Assembly (NCBI GenBank): GCA_963733915.1
Contig: CAVTEP010000011.1
Location: 106,388 to 170,387 of the forward strand
Direction of reading: 5' to 3'
DNA: 64,000 nucleotides
From: Candidatus Sulfomarinibacteraceae bacterium
GTDB lineage: Bacteria; Acidobacteriota; Thermoanaerobaculia; Thermoanaerobaculales; Sulfomarinibacteraceae
Shown: positions 22,752-32,696 of the stretch, one piece after another
Position numbering within the stretch: position 1 is the first letter of the stretch
How the letters are laid out: each line of letters opens with the position of its first letter
The notes under the pieces: model-generated
Seen by the model: the letters and a program-made list of their open reading frames with translations, nothing else
What the model was told of the DNA's origin: nothing
The model's database searches: none
Program-made: the position numbers and the translations under genes

Positions 22752-22788
22752 CGTTAGAACGTTGAAACGTTTGAACGTTAGAACGTTT
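22752..22788. repeat. AACGTT-core 8-mer tandem array (reverse orientation)
   Basis: cgttagaacgttgaaacgtttgaacgttagaacgttt. Confidence 0.85.
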
Positions 22789-22882
22789 TACCTCATCGCC
22801 CATTCGGGGTGAGTCGCATGGCTTGGGTGGGCAGGTAACGTCTTAACGTTGTCGCGCAGCGCCGCCAACCGACAGGCGGCGG

Positions 22883-24190
22883 TCACAGTTCGTCGACAGT
22901 GCCGAGGATCAGGGCGGGTGGATCGACCGCCTCGGCTCCGATCGTGAAAGCGTTCCGCAACCGTTCCACGAGCTGAGACTGGTCAACCTCACGTTCACCG
23001 AGAAGAAGAGTCGCCAGCGGTTGACCCACCTCGACGCGGTCTCCGATACGGGCCCCGACGAGGACCCCGGCGCCGTGCGCGAGCTCGTCGTCGACGCGGA
23101 GTCGGCCGGCGCCGGCTTCCACCGCCACCCGACCGAGGTCCTCGCCGTCGCAGGCGACCACGAAACCCTCTTCCCGCGCTTTCGCTTCGAAGGTCGCACG
23201 CGGGACGGCAAGCCGCTCCGGGTCAGGATCGCCGCCGTGCGCCACCGCCATCCGTTCCCAGGCGGCAAGCGCCGATCCATCGGCCAATGCCCTCTCGAGA
23301 GCAGTCTCCGCCTCCGCCGGGCCCATTCCGCCAAAGACCATCGCCTCGCGGCACAAACGCAGCGTCACCTCACGCAGGTATCGATCACCGCCGCCAGCCA
23401 ACACGGACAACGCTTCCCGCACCTCGCAGGCGGTACCGAGGGCCGGTCCAAGCGGCTGGTTCATGTCGGTGATCAGGGCCTCGCAGCGAACCCCGGTGTC
23501 GAGGGCCACACCCCTGAGCGCGACGGCGAGATCGGTCGCCTCGGCGATCGTCTTGCGGAAGGCGCCCGAGCCCCATTTGACATCGAGGACCAGTGCGCCG
23601 GCGCCAAGGGCGAGCTTTTTCGACATGATAGAACCGACGATCAGCGGCAGCGACGGCACGGTGGCTGTCACATCGCGCAACGCGTACAGGGTTCGGTCGG
23701 CCGGAGCGATGTTGTCGCTCTGGGCGACGATCGCCGCCCCGCAATCATCGATGAGGGCGAGGGTCCCGTTCCGATCGCGGGTCGAGTTCCAACCCGAAAC
23801 CGCATCGAGCTTGTCGAGGGTCCCCTGTGAGTGACCGAGCCCGCGTCCTGCCATCATCGCCACCGGCACACCGACCGCCGCCAGCAGCGGCGCCAGAACC
23901 AACGATACGGTATCGCCAACGCCACCCGTTGAGTGCTTGTCGACAACGCCCGGGCAGTCCATGGCGAGGTCCCACACCTCGCCCGAGTGCAGCATGTCCT
24001 CGGTCAACCACCTGGTCTCGTCGGCGTTCATGTCACGCCAACAGATGGCCATCAGCATTGCCGCCAGTTGTTCTGGGGGTAACGAGCCGTCACTGGCGCC
24101 GCGCACGAAAGCGGTGACCTGGTCGCGGCTAAGGGCACCGCCGTTCCGCTTCTCCGCGATTGCCTCGACGAAGTTTACCGAAAGCGCCAC
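22883..24190 (-). CDS. deoA: Thymidine/pyrimidine-nucleoside phosphorylase
   Basis: DKHSTGGVGD, GRGLGH..GTLDKL, APAD..LYALRD.TATV.S.PLI..SIMSKK. Confidence 0.93.
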   Translation of the reverse strand: MALSVNFVEAIAEKRNGGALSRDQVTAFVRGASDGSLPPEQLAAMLMAICWRDMNADETRWLTEDMLHSGEVWDLAMDCPGVVDKHSTGGVGDTVSLVLAPLLAAVGVPVAMMAGRGLGHSQGTLDKLDAVSGWNSTRDRNGTLALIDDCGAAIVAQSDNIAPADRTLYALRDVTATVPSLPLIVGSIMSKKLALGAGALVLDVKWGSGAFRKTIAEATDLAVALRGVALDTGVRCEALITDMNQPLGPALGTACEVREALSVLAGGGDRYLREVTLRLCREAMVFGGMGPAEAETALERALADGSALAAWERMAVAHGGDPDPERLAVPRATFEAKAREEGFVVACDGEDLGRVAVEAGAGRLRVDDELAHGAGVLVGARIGDRVEVGQPLATLLLGEREVDQSQLVERLRNAFTIGAEAVDPPALILGTVDEL

Positions 24191-24202
24191 GTCGACCGGG
24201 GC

Positions 24203-24895
24203 CTATCCGATCTCGGCGAGCCGCTGCTGCGCACCGCCCAGGTACGGCGACTCTGGAAACTCCTCGAGGAGCATTTCGAAGTACCGCTTCGCCTCCGCCG
24301 TCTGACCTTCTTCCACGAGCAGCTCGCCCAAACGGTATAGGGCCACGTCACGCGGCAGACTGCGGTTTCGACCGGCGACAATGGCCTCGAGATCGACCAC
24401 CACCTCGGCGCTCTGACCGGAGGCGATGCGGAGGTTGATGATATCGAGGGTGGCCAGCCGGCCGATGACGTCGTCGCCGTGCTTCTGGGCGAGCTCGACG
24501 AGGACCGCGCGGGCGGCATCTGTCTTGCCCCGGCCGAGGTCGATCCGGGCCAGGTAGAGCCGCGCCATGTCGCCCTGGTCCGTCGAGCCATAGCTGTCCA
24601 CGACTTGACGGAACTCCGGCTCGGCGGCATCGATGCTGCCGGCGGGAACGATCGACCCGGGGGGCGCGCCACCTTCCAAGGTCATGGTGGCGGTGTTCAG
24701 GAGGAGCGACGCCTCGTCGGTGCGCGCGCCCATCCACTCGCTGACACCCCACCACAGGAGCCCCACGACGGCCACGACAGAGATGCCGGCGACGATCGGT
24801 CGCCAGTAGTCTGCGATCCAACGGAAGATCACTTCCGCCGCAGAGACGAACTCGTCGTCCTTCTTCAGTTGCTTGCGCGTAATCCGGCGTCCCAT
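24203..24895 (-). CDS. YfgM-like membrane-anchored TPR protein
   Basis: N-terminal RKQLKKDDEF, single TM, TPR helices ending FPESPY. Confidence 0.8.
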   Translation of the reverse strand: MGRRITRKQLKKDDEFVSAAEVIFRWIADYWRPIVAGISVVAVVGLLWWGVSEWMGARTDEASLLLNTATMTLEGGAPPGSIVPAGSIDAAEPEFRQVVDSYGSTDQGDMARLYLARIDLGRGKTDAARAVLVELAQKHGDDVIGRLATLDIINLRIASGQSAEVVVDLEAIVAGRNRSLPRDVALYRLGELLVEEGQTAEAKRYFEMLLEEFPESPYLGGAQQRLAEIG

Positions 24896-25051
24896 TCATC
24901 TCCTCCTGCAGCGCTGCGCGACGGGCCTCAGCGCGCACCACATCCCTTCGAAAAGGGGGCCCCAACTCTAGGGCGACGGGTCCGAAGTGTCAACGCCTAA
25001 AAGGAATTCTGTGGTTTCTCGACACCGCCCGGGCCTTCAGCAGCCTCCAGC

Positions 25052-25915
25052 TCAGGGCGGGGGCGCCTGGAGCTCGAATTGCTGCAGGAGCGGAAACGCA
25101 ATCTCCGCGGTCTGGTCGAGGCCGAGCGGTACAATCGTCACCCAGCCGCCGTGGAGGGCGTGTGTATCTCCTCCGGCCTCGGTCTCCAGCGGCGGTTTCC
25201 AGCGGCTGAGGTACCAACGGGTACCATCCGAGTCCGCTCGCGACAGCAGGTAGCCGGCTTCCTCCGAACGGTCGAGACCCATTCGCGCCACCTTGTAACC
25301 CCGGATCGCCGTCGGATCGAGGGGAACGTTGACGTTGAGGTAGATGCCGGGCGGCAGACCTTCTTCGCGCACCGCGTCGATGACCGGTTTTGCCCAGCGC
25401 GCAGCGGCCATGAAATCAGGTTGCGGATCGGCCCAATCGAGCTGCAACGACACCGCGATCGAAGGGATGCCAGCGTAGGCGCCCTCCCGCGCCACCGCAA
25501 TGGTGCCCGAGGTCCAGGCACCGAGTCCGTCATTTTCCCCATGGTTGATGCCCGACACGACCAGGGCCGGGGGATCTTCCTTCAAGAGGGCGGTGAGCGC
25601 GAGTCGGGCCACTGTGGCCGGCGTTCCGTCGACCGACCACGCCGTGCATCCGCCGACCTCTTCGTGCGCGACCACCTCCACATCGGACCGTGTCACCAGA
25701 CCGTGACCCGAGACGCTTTGCTGGTGTTTCGGCGCGACAACGGTGACCCGGTAGGCCGGGTCGGCGGCGAGAACCTTCGCGATGGCGGCGAGCCCCGGCG
25801 AGTCGATGCCGTCGTCGTTGGCAATCAGGACATGGACGGGTTCGCCGGCAAATGCGGGCAATGACGCCATGGCGAAGGCCAGGACCAGGGTGCTCAGAAA
25901 TGGTTGTCGTCTCAT
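25052..25915 (-). CDS. surE: SurE 5'/3'-nucleotidase with a signal peptide
   Basis: LIANDDGIDSPG, VAP..QQS..G, VDGTPA, VVSGIN.G.N, SGT. Confidence 0.9.
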   Translation of the reverse strand: MRRQPFLSTLVLAFAMASLPAFAGEPVHVLIANDDGIDSPGLAAIAKVLAADPAYRVTVVAPKHQQSVSGHGLVTRSDVEVVAHEEVGGCTAWSVDGTPATVARLALTALLKEDPPALVVSGINHGENDGLGAWTSGTIAVAREGAYAGIPSIAVSLQLDWADPQPDFMAAARWAKPVIDAVREEGLPPGIYLNVNVPLDPTAIRGYKVARMGLDRSEEAGYLLSRADSDGTRWYLSRWKPPLETEAGGDTHALHGGWVTIVPLGLDQTAEIAFPLLQQFELQAPPP

Positions 25916-25965
25916 CGCGCCTCCAGATGGTGCGGGGAGTGTAACATCCGCCCATACCACCACTC

Positions 25966-26000
25966 ACGTTTGAACGTTTTAACGTTCGAACGTTTGAACG
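25966..26000. repeat. AACGTT-core 8-mer tandem array
   Basis: acgtttgaacgttttaacgttcgaacgtttgaacg. Confidence 0.85.
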
Positions 26001-26047
26001 ATGCGGGGTGCGGCGGTCAGGGTAAACTCGGCGCAGATGGAGGAGGA

Positions 26048-26167
26048 ATGCAGGATCATAGCTTGACCCTCGGCGCCCATCTGCTCTTGTGGATCTTCCC
26101 GGTGGTGCTTGTGGTTCTGGTGATCGTCGAGAATCTCCTCGACGCCCGCAGACAGGAGCCCGAGTGA
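26048..26167 (+). CDS. 39-aa single-TM small protein coupled to the symporter
   Basis: GGAGGAGG RBS; MQDHSLTLGAHLLLWIFPVVLVVLVIVENLLDARRQEPE; TGATG overlap with the next gene. Confidence 0.7.
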   Translation: MQDHSLTLGAHLLLWIFPVVLVVLVIVENLLDARRQEPE

Positions 26168-27804
26168 TGTCCCCGATCGAGGGCTCCACGCTCGCCACCG
26201 TCGCCGCGGTCATGGTTGCCTACCTCTGCGTTCTGCTCTTGATCGGCTGGCGGGCGGCGCGGCGGACCCACGGCGGCGAGGACTTCCACCTTGCCGGACG
26301 CTCGCTGGGTGCGTGGTCGGCCGGCATCTCATCAACCGCCAGCTCCGAGTCCGGTTGGGTCACGCTCGGCGCGGTCGGGATGACCTTCACCTACGGCATC
26401 TCCGGTCTGTGGTACGCCCCTGGCTGTCTGCTCGGATACCTGGTCAACGTCTACCTGGTGGCGCCACGGCTGCGGCCTCTCTCCGCAAACCAGAGCTCGG
26501 TAACCCTCACCGACGTCATCACCCGCCGCTGGGGGGATCCCAACAACGTCCTCCGGCTGACCGCAACGACCATCATCCTGATCTGCATGATGGGCTACGT
26601 GGCGGCACAACTGACCGCCGCCGGTAAGGCGTTCTCATCGTCGCTCGGGCTCGAAGGGCGAAGCGGCTATGTTCTCGGGGTGGTGATCGGCGCCGCGGTC
26701 ATCATCCTCGTCACATCTCTCGGCGGCTTCCGCGCGGTCGCTTGGACCGACCTCTTTCAGGGGCTCCTAGTGGCGGGCGCGCTCATCGCCCTGCCGCTTT
26801 ATGCCATCGCAGGAATCGGCGGCTTTGGCGCTCTCGTCCAAGGCCTCGGATCCATCGATCCCCATTTGCTCACCGCCGGCGGCGACCGGCTCGGCCCCGC
26901 TCTCTGGGGTTTCGTCATCGGTCAACTCGGCATCGGCCTCGGTTACCCCGGGATGCCGCACGTCATCACCCGCTACATGGCGGCGCGTGACGATCGAGAA
27001 ATCCAACGACTGCAGGTCATCGCGATGATGTGGGGGGTGGCGGTCTTTTACGGCGCCGGTCTCGTCGGCCTGGTCGGGCGGGTCATGTTACCCGGCCTTG
27101 CCGACGGTGAGCAGGCGCTGATGGCCCTGGCCCTCACGCTCGTACACCCGGTGGTGGCGGGTCTGCTGCTGGCGGCGGTGATCTCCGCCATTCTCTCGAC
27201 TGTCTCCTCGCAGCTGTTGGTGGCCGCATCCGCGGTTTCGTACGATGTGGTCGAGGAAACCTTCGGCCGGGCCCGCGACGATCGTCGCAGCCTGGTCCTC
27301 GGCCGCTGGACGGTGGCGGTAGTCGGCCTGATCGGCATCCTGGTGGCGCTCACCGACGTGCGGCTCGTCTTCTGGTTCGTCCTCTTTGCCTGGTCCGGGC
27401 TCGGCGCCGCCTTCGCGCCGCTGGTTTTGCTCGCCCTGGCGGGGCGGGGAACCAACCGCTTTGGCGCCCTCGCCGCCATGCTGACCGGAACCGGAGTCAC
27501 CGTTGCCTGGAAGCTCGGCCGCGACGCGACCGCGAACTCCGAGAGCTTCGCCCGCGTCTGGTGGATCGCCCTCCTCGCGGGGGTGGCGATCCTCGTGCTC
27601 GGCCGGCTCACGCGCGCATTTGCCGACGGCGACAACGTTGCGGTGGTCATCGCCACATTGCTCACCGTCATCAGCTGGTGGCTGGTGCAACGATGGGGAC
27701 TCGAAAATCTCTACGAGCTGGTACCCGCCTTCGTCCTTGCCGGCCTCGCCGCGCTCGCTGTCAGTGCGGTCACACCGAATCCGGGTGAGCGCCGAAGCAC
27801 GTAA
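26167..27804 (+). CDS. putP: Sodium/proline symporter (SSS family, PutP-like)
   Basis: F.LAGRSLG, ASSESGW, GGF.AV.WTD..QG, LGYPGMPH..RYMA, SAILST.SSQLL. Confidence 0.85.
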   Translation: MSPIEGSTLATVAAVMVAYLCVLLLIGWRAARRTHGGEDFHLAGRSLGAWSAGISSTASSESGWVTLGAVGMTFTYGISGLWYAPGCLLGYLVNVYLVAPRLRPLSANQSSVTLTDVITRRWGDPNNVLRLTATTIILICMMGYVAAQLTAAGKAFSSSLGLEGRSGYVLGVVIGAAVIILVTSLGGFRAVAWTDLFQGLLVAGALIALPLYAIAGIGGFGALVQGLGSIDPHLLTAGGDRLGPALWGFVIGQLGIGLGYPGMPHVITRYMAARDDREIQRLQVIAMMWGVAVFYGAGLVGLVGRVMLPGLADGEQALMALALTLVHPVVAGLLLAAVISAILSTVSSQLLVAASAVSYDVVEETFGRARDDRRSLVLGRWTVAVVGLIGILVALTDVRLVFWFVLFAWSGLGAAFAPLVLLALAGRGTNRFGALAAMLTGTGVTVAWKLGRDATANSESFARVWWIALLAGVAILVLGRLTRAFADGDNVAVVIATLLTVISWWLVQRWGLENLYELVPAFVLAGLAALAVSAVTPNPGERRST

Positions 27805-27887
27805 AGAGTTAAGGGTTAAGAGTTAAGACGTTTCCACCATCGTCGTGCTGACGGTCAGGTCTTGACTCTTGACTCTTGACCCTTAAC
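27804..27887. repeat. Inverted pair of heptamer arrays (AAGAGTT / GACTCTT) between convergent genes
   Basis: aagagttaagggttaagagttaag ... tcttgactcttgactcttgacccttaac. Confidence 0.8.
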
Positions 27888-29319
27888 CGCCGCCGCGAGG
27901 CGGAGGAGTCATGCCAAACGACAATCGGACATACTTGCGGGCCTCGTTCTGAAACTCTGCCAAGCGGGGCGAGTCGGCGTTGACGACCAGCCCATGGCGT
28001 TCGAGATTCGGGTTGCGGCAGAAGCCTTCGAGGGGCACGCCGCCGATCCCGGTCTCGAGGTAGAAGGCGACCGTCGGCGAAACACCGGATTTGTCACCAA
28101 GCTCGAGGCAACGCGCCGACAGTTTCGGAACGGCGTACATAGACCCTTCCCAATCGAATCCTTCAGGGTCGGGCAGGAGCGGCTGTTCGGAGTCGAGCAA
28201 CTCCCGGTAACGGTTGAAGGCCTCGCCCAGCAGAAGGCGGCGCCGACGTTGCAGGTGGCGTCCAATGCGCATTTGCAGCCGGATGCGATGCTCGACCATT
28301 TCGTTGTCGCCACTGAGGAAGGGGGCGAGAAGCGCGGCGGTCGCCGCCTGGACGGCGTTCGAAGGTCCAGCCATGACGTTCTGGGCGTAGCGCACGATCC
28401 CGTCCCGCGGGGTTGACGAACGAGTCAGGATGGCACCCGAACGAAGTCCGGTGACTCCGTGAGTCTTCGACAGCGAGTCGATAAAAAGGATCGAATCCGC
28501 GTAACGCGGATCGTCTCGATACCAGGCCAACAGCTCACGGTACTGCGGGTGGAGGCGAACGTAGACAGAATCCAGGATCACCAACGCGCCGGGCCAGCGG
28601 TCGAGGAACGCATCGACGAACGCTCGCATCTGCTCCGGCGGAAGCGTGCGGCCAGTCGGGTTGTTGATCGGCATCAGGTAAACGGCGTCGATATCGACGT
28701 TGTCGGGTACCTGATGGAGGTCGTCAGGGCTCGGGTCCATGTCGGCACGGCCCGGCGGCAGGAACGCCACCCTCATCCCCAGCAAGGCCATTTGGTCCAT
28801 CGGGCAGGTGAAGGTCGGGATGGGCACCAGCACGGTGGCCGGGCTCCCCGTTCCGACACGGTTTCGGCGCGCCTCTGCCAAACCCTGGAAAGCGGCCTGC
28901 AACGCCTGATTGCCGCCGTGGAAGGCCATGATCTGCGGCGGTGAGTGGGCCTCATTCCTGAAATCGATGCCGAGCTGACGCGACCACATGGCGCCCCAGG
29001 AGCGGGTGACAATCGGATAACCGATCGAAGCGAGGTTGTAACCCATGGGGTGAGCGCTCAGCTGCCGCACCCAACCGCCGACGTACTCGAAGGCGGACAT
29101 GAGCACACTGTACCAGTCGTGCCGGAGGCAGGGGTCCTCAGAATCGTCGGGAGGAACCGTACGCCGATCAAGGTCACCGATGGCAGAAGCGAGATCGTTG
29201 TATCCCATGGAACGCATGGCGTTGACCGCATGGCTCATGAGCCGAATCGGTGCGCTTGCATAAAGGTCCTTGAAGGAGTTGAATACTTCCAACCGGATCT
29301 CGCGTTCGCTACGCGCCAT
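27883..29319 (-). CDS. PLP-dependent aminotransferase (fold I, class I/II)
   Basis: NNPTG, ILDSVY, DSLSKTHGVTGLRSG (PLP lysine), YVRLSF. Confidence 0.85.
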   Translation of the reverse strand: MARSEREIRLEVFNSFKDLYASAPIRLMSHAVNAMRSMGYNDLASAIGDLDRRTVPPDDSEDPCLRHDWYSVLMSAFEYVGGWVRQLSAHPMGYNLASIGYPIVTRSWGAMWSRQLGIDFRNEAHSPPQIMAFHGGNQALQAAFQGLAEARRNRVGTGSPATVLVPIPTFTCPMDQMALLGMRVAFLPPGRADMDPSPDDLHQVPDNVDIDAVYLMPINNPTGRTLPPEQMRAFVDAFLDRWPGALVILDSVYVRLHPQYRELLAWYRDDPRYADSILFIDSLSKTHGVTGLRSGAILTRSSTPRDGIVRYAQNVMAGPSNAVQAATAALLAPFLSGDNEMVEHRIRLQMRIGRHLQRRRRLLLGEAFNRYRELLDSEQPLLPDPEGFDWEGSMYAVPKLSARCLELGDKSGVSPTVAFYLETGIGGVPLEGFCRNPNLERHGLVVNADSPRLAEFQNEARKYVRLSFGMTPPPRGGG

Positions 29320-29407
29320 GGGTGCCCCCTCGGTCGGATCGATGATCGGTCAGTCGTGACATGGTACCCGGCACCATGCCAAGCGGCAAGCAACGCCCTC
29401 GCGGTCG

Positions 29408-30247
29408 TTACTGCGATATCTGCAGGACACGAGCCCGCAGACGGTTGAGAAAATCCTGTTCCTTCGGCGTCAGGGTGTGCGGGCCCGTGGTTTCGATCTT
29501 GATCCGGATGCGCTCGAACTCGCGCGCCTCGTCGGGGGTCAGCACCTGGGTCCTCGGCATCGGGCCGGGGGCGGGCACAGCCGGCGTCGGGAAGGTAGAA
29601 CGCAGGTAGAGGAAGTACATCAGCGCACCGGCAAGGGCGCCTCCGAGGTGGGCGCCGTGGCCGATCGGCAGACCGCCTCCCCGCCCCTGCATCATGAGTC
29701 CCCAGAGGTCGAGGCCGACGAAGGCGAGCACACCGGCCAGCGCCGGCACCGGGACGATGCCGAAGAGCAGGATCTTATGGCGAGGAAAGTGAAGGGCGTA
29801 GGCGAGGAGCAGCCCGCTCACCGCCCCGGAAGCGCCGAGGGCGAGGATGTCGTCCCTGCCCATGAGAAAGGACGACACCGCGCAGTGGCTGATGGAGGAG
29901 ATCACGGCCGCCGCGAGGTAGAAAAACACGAAGATCCGCGACCCCCACATTCGCTCGAGCACGGTGCCAAAGCTCCACAACACGAACATATTGATCGCCA
30001 GGTGCCAGATCTCGCTGTGGGAGAAGGCCGCGGTGACCAGGGTCCACACCCGCCCGTGCACGATATGAAGGGTGCTGACGAGGAAGTTGGCTTCCATGAA
30101 TCGCTGCAGGACGGGCAGGACCGACGCCGCCTGCCAGGCGAGAAAGACCAGGACGTTGAGACCGATGATGATCGATACCGCGGGCGTCCGCGGGCGTCGC
30201 CTCGGGGCAGGTGGGTCTGGGAACCGGGCGTGGATCCGGGCCTCCAT
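29408..30247 (-). CDS. Rhomboid-family intramembrane serine protease
   Basis: W.LVT..F.H...HL..NM, GASG, AHLGGA. Confidence 0.93.
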   Translation of the reverse strand: MEARIHARFPDPPAPRRRPRTPAVSIIIGLNVLVFLAWQAASVLPVLQRFMEANFLVSTLHIVHGRVWTLVTAAFSHSEIWHLAINMFVLWSFGTVLERMWGSRIFVFFYLAAAVISSISHCAVSSFLMGRDDILALGASGAVSGLLLAYALHFPRHKILLFGIVPVPALAGVLAFVGLDLWGLMMQGRGGGLPIGHGAHLGGALAGALMYFLYLRSTFPTPAVPAPGPMPRTQVLTPDEAREFERIRIKIETTGPHTLTPKEQDFLNRLRARVLQISQ

Positions 30248-30305
30248 GATTGGCGCATTATGGCAGAACCGCGTGATAGCCTCGAGAATGGCCATGGAGG
30301 TTGCG

Positions 30306-31178
30306 ATGCCCTACCGAATTCGTCTTCTGGTTCCGGTCGCCCTTGCGCTGTTGAGCGTTTCGGCAGCCGGCGCTTCCGAGCTCGGCGACCGCCTCGACTC
30401 TGAGCTCAAGGGTGGTTGGGGCGTGCTCGAGCTCGAGGTCTACTCGTCGTGCGCCGGCACCTACTCGGACAACGAGGTCAGAGCCGCGGGCGTCGCCAGC
30501 AAGGCGGTCCATCGATTCGACGCGGGCGAGCTTGTCAAGATCGACAATGTCAAGGTGAAACACCAACGGGTCGACCTCATGTTGTCCCTCGCCGCGCCTC
30601 TCCTCGTTGCCCATATGGACGGGCCCTTCGAACTCTACGACCAGCGTCGGTGTCAAGTCCAGCTGATGGTGTATGTGCCGCGAGAGCAGATCAAGAACGC
30701 CGACGTTGAAGCGCTGCTGACCTCGATTCGCGAACACCTCAGCCTGTTCGTATCCTACGACGAGGCGAAATCGTCTGATGCCTGGAACGGGCGCGAGACC
30801 GAAGCCTTGCCGGACGGCTACGACGACACCCTGTTGCTCCACGCGATCTGGCAGGCGGAACAGACCAACATTGCGGTGTATGACGGCATCGATCGCGCGC
30901 TCGCCGCGGCGGCCGATGCGGCAGACGACCTCGACGACGATGCCGACTATCTCGCGGGTTTTGCCACGGGGTCCGAGAAGATGAGCGACTTCGCGGTCAG
31001 CGACTGCGGTTCGCTGTTGCGCGCCTCCGTGTCCACCTATCGCAAGCAAGCGCCGGCGGACCAGCCAAAGCGATGGCAAAGCGGGTGGGATGACGGCCAG
31101 CGGTTGATCTTCAACGTTCTCCTCGCCGACCGGCTCCGCGGCTGCACGGTGCCGGTCCCGGCCGTTCCCCCACCATGA
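30306..31178 (+). CDS. Hypothetical secreted protein
   Basis: GGAGG RBS, signal peptide, ATGA overlap with the next gene. Confidence 0.7.
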   Translation: MPYRIRLLVPVALALLSVSAAGASELGDRLDSELKGGWGVLELEVYSSCAGTYSDNEVRAAGVASKAVHRFDAGELVKIDNVKVKHQRVDLMLSLAAPLLVAHMDGPFELYDQRRCQVQLMVYVPREQIKNADVEALLTSIREHLSLFVSYDEAKSSDAWNGRETEALPDGYDDTLLLHAIWQAEQTNIAVYDGIDRALAAAADAADDLDDDADYLAGFATGSEKMSDFAVSDCGSLLRASVSTYRKQAPADQPKRWQSGWDDGQRLIFNVLLADRLRGCTVPVPAVPPP

Positions 31179-31960
31179 GAGTCGCCGGTCTCCAGCTCGA
31201 CATCGCCTGGGAGGACCCGGCCGAGAACTTCCGCCGTGCCCAGCCCCTCGCCCGCGAGGCGGCGCGGGCGGGCGCCCGTTTGCTCGCCCTGCCGGAAATG
31301 TTTGCCACCGGATTTTCGATGCGCGCCGAGGAGATGGCGGCGCACGCTCCCGCGACCCGGGCCTTCCTCGCGGACACCGCCGAACGTCTCGGCGTGTGGG
31401 TGATCGGCGGCTTTGCGGAGCCCGGCGATAACCGCCCCGTAAACACCTGTTCGGTTTTCGCCCCCGACGGCAGCGAGGCCCTCAACTACCGCAAGATCCA
31501 CCCTTTTTCGGCCGCCGGCGAGCCCGAGCACTTCGAGGCCGGCGAGCACCTGCACACGATCGAGATCGAGGGCCTGAGGGTGACGCCTCTGGTCTGCTAC
31601 GACCTCCGCTTCCCCGAGCTTTTTCGCGCCGCCGCTTCTGCGACGGACCTTTTCGTGGTCATCGCCAATTGGCCGTCGCGCCGCGCCCACGCCTGGCGGA
31701 CCTTGCTCGCCGCCCGCGCAATCGACGACCAGGCCTGGGTGCTGGGCGTCAACCGGGTCGGCGACGCGGAGGGCTTCCCGCACGAGGGCGACACCAGCCT
31801 CCTCGACCCCTGGGGCGAGGTGGCGGCGACCCTGGCGGAGAGTCAGGGGGTTGTCATCGGCGAGGTGGATGCCGCGGTCGTCGCCGAGGCGCGGCGCAGG
31901 TTCGGTTTCCTCGAAGACCGCCGCCCCGGGCTCTACCGACGGCTCGAGGATGAGAGCTAA
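31175..31960 (+). CDS. Carbon-nitrogen hydrolase (nitrilase superfamily, omega-amidase-like)
   Basis: LPEMF.TGF, YRKIH and VCYDLRFPE (E-K-C triad). Confidence 0.93.
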   Translation: MRVAGLQLDIAWEDPAENFRRAQPLAREAARAGARLLALPEMFATGFSMRAEEMAAHAPATRAFLADTAERLGVWVIGGFAEPGDNRPVNTCSVFAPDGSEALNYRKIHPFSAAGEPEHFEAGEHLHTIEIEGLRVTPLVCYDLRFPELFRAAASATDLFVVIANWPSRRAHAWRTLLAARAIDDQAWVLGVNRVGDAEGFPHEGDTSLLDPWGEVAATLAESQGVVIGEVDAAVVAEARRRFGFLEDRRPGLYRRLEDES

Positions 31961-31980
31961 GGCTCCCACCCACCTACATC

Positions 31981-32129
31981 AGTTTCGGAGTTTTGAGTTT
32001 TGAGTTTTGAGTGCTGAGTTTTCAGTTTTGAGTTTTCAGTTTTGAGGTTTGAGTTATTCGCTGCCACGGATTTCAATTCCTGGGTGGTGGGTGGCAACTC
32101 AAAACTCAAAACTCATAACTCAAAACTCA
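31981..32129. repeat. Inverted pair of heptamer arrays (GAGTTTT / AAAACTC)
   Basis: About 10 GAGTTTT-like units at 31981-32056; about 5 AAAACTC-like units at 32096-32129. Confidence 0.9.
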
Positions 32130-32187
32130 GCTGGCGTCCGCAATGGAATATCTCGTTGTCTGCGTGCGCTACTCTGTTGGGAGAGCA

Positions 32188-32601
32188 ATGACGACTACGG
32201 TTACGGTCAAGGTTTACTTCGAGGCGGCGCACCGGCTGCACAACCCGGCGCAGCCGGACGAGTGGAACACGCGCGTCTTCGGTAAGTGCAACAACCCGCA
32301 CGGGCACGGCCACAACTACGTCATCGAGGCGTCGGTGCGGGGCGAGGTCGATCCCGCATCGGGCTACCTGATCGACATGAAGGACCTCAAGACGGTCCTC
32401 AACCGGACGGTTGTGAATGACGTCGACCACCGCCACCTCAACATCGAGGTGCCGTGGCTTGCGGGCGTCATTCCAACGGCCGAGAACCTGGCGCGGGTGT
32501 TTTTCGAGCGTGTCGCGGCGGAGCTGCCAAAGGGCATCGAGTTGACCGCGCTCACCGTGCACGAGACCGAACGCAACAGCGCCACGTACACGAATTCTTA
32601 A
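32188..32601 (+). CDS. queD: 6-carboxytetrahydropterin synthase / PTPS family
   Basis: FEAAHRL, KCNNPHGHGHNY, PTAENLA, HET. Confidence 0.9.
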   Translation: MTTTVTVKVYFEAAHRLHNPAQPDEWNTRVFGKCNNPHGHGHNYVIEASVRGEVDPASGYLIDMKDLKTVLNRTVVNDVDHRHLNIEVPWLAGVIPTAENLARVFFERVAAELPKGIELTALTVHETERNSATYTNS

Positions 32602-32696
32602 TTTTCAATTCTCAATTCTCAATTCTCTTCCGCCCTCCCCATATTCGAGGGAGTGGGTGGGGCAATTCAAAATTGAGAATTGAGAATTGAGAATTT
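32598..32696. repeat. Inverted pair of heptamer arrays (AATTCTC / GAGAATT) between convergent genes
   Basis: aattttcaattctcaattctcaattctc ... aaaattgagaattgagaattgagaatt. Confidence 0.9.
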
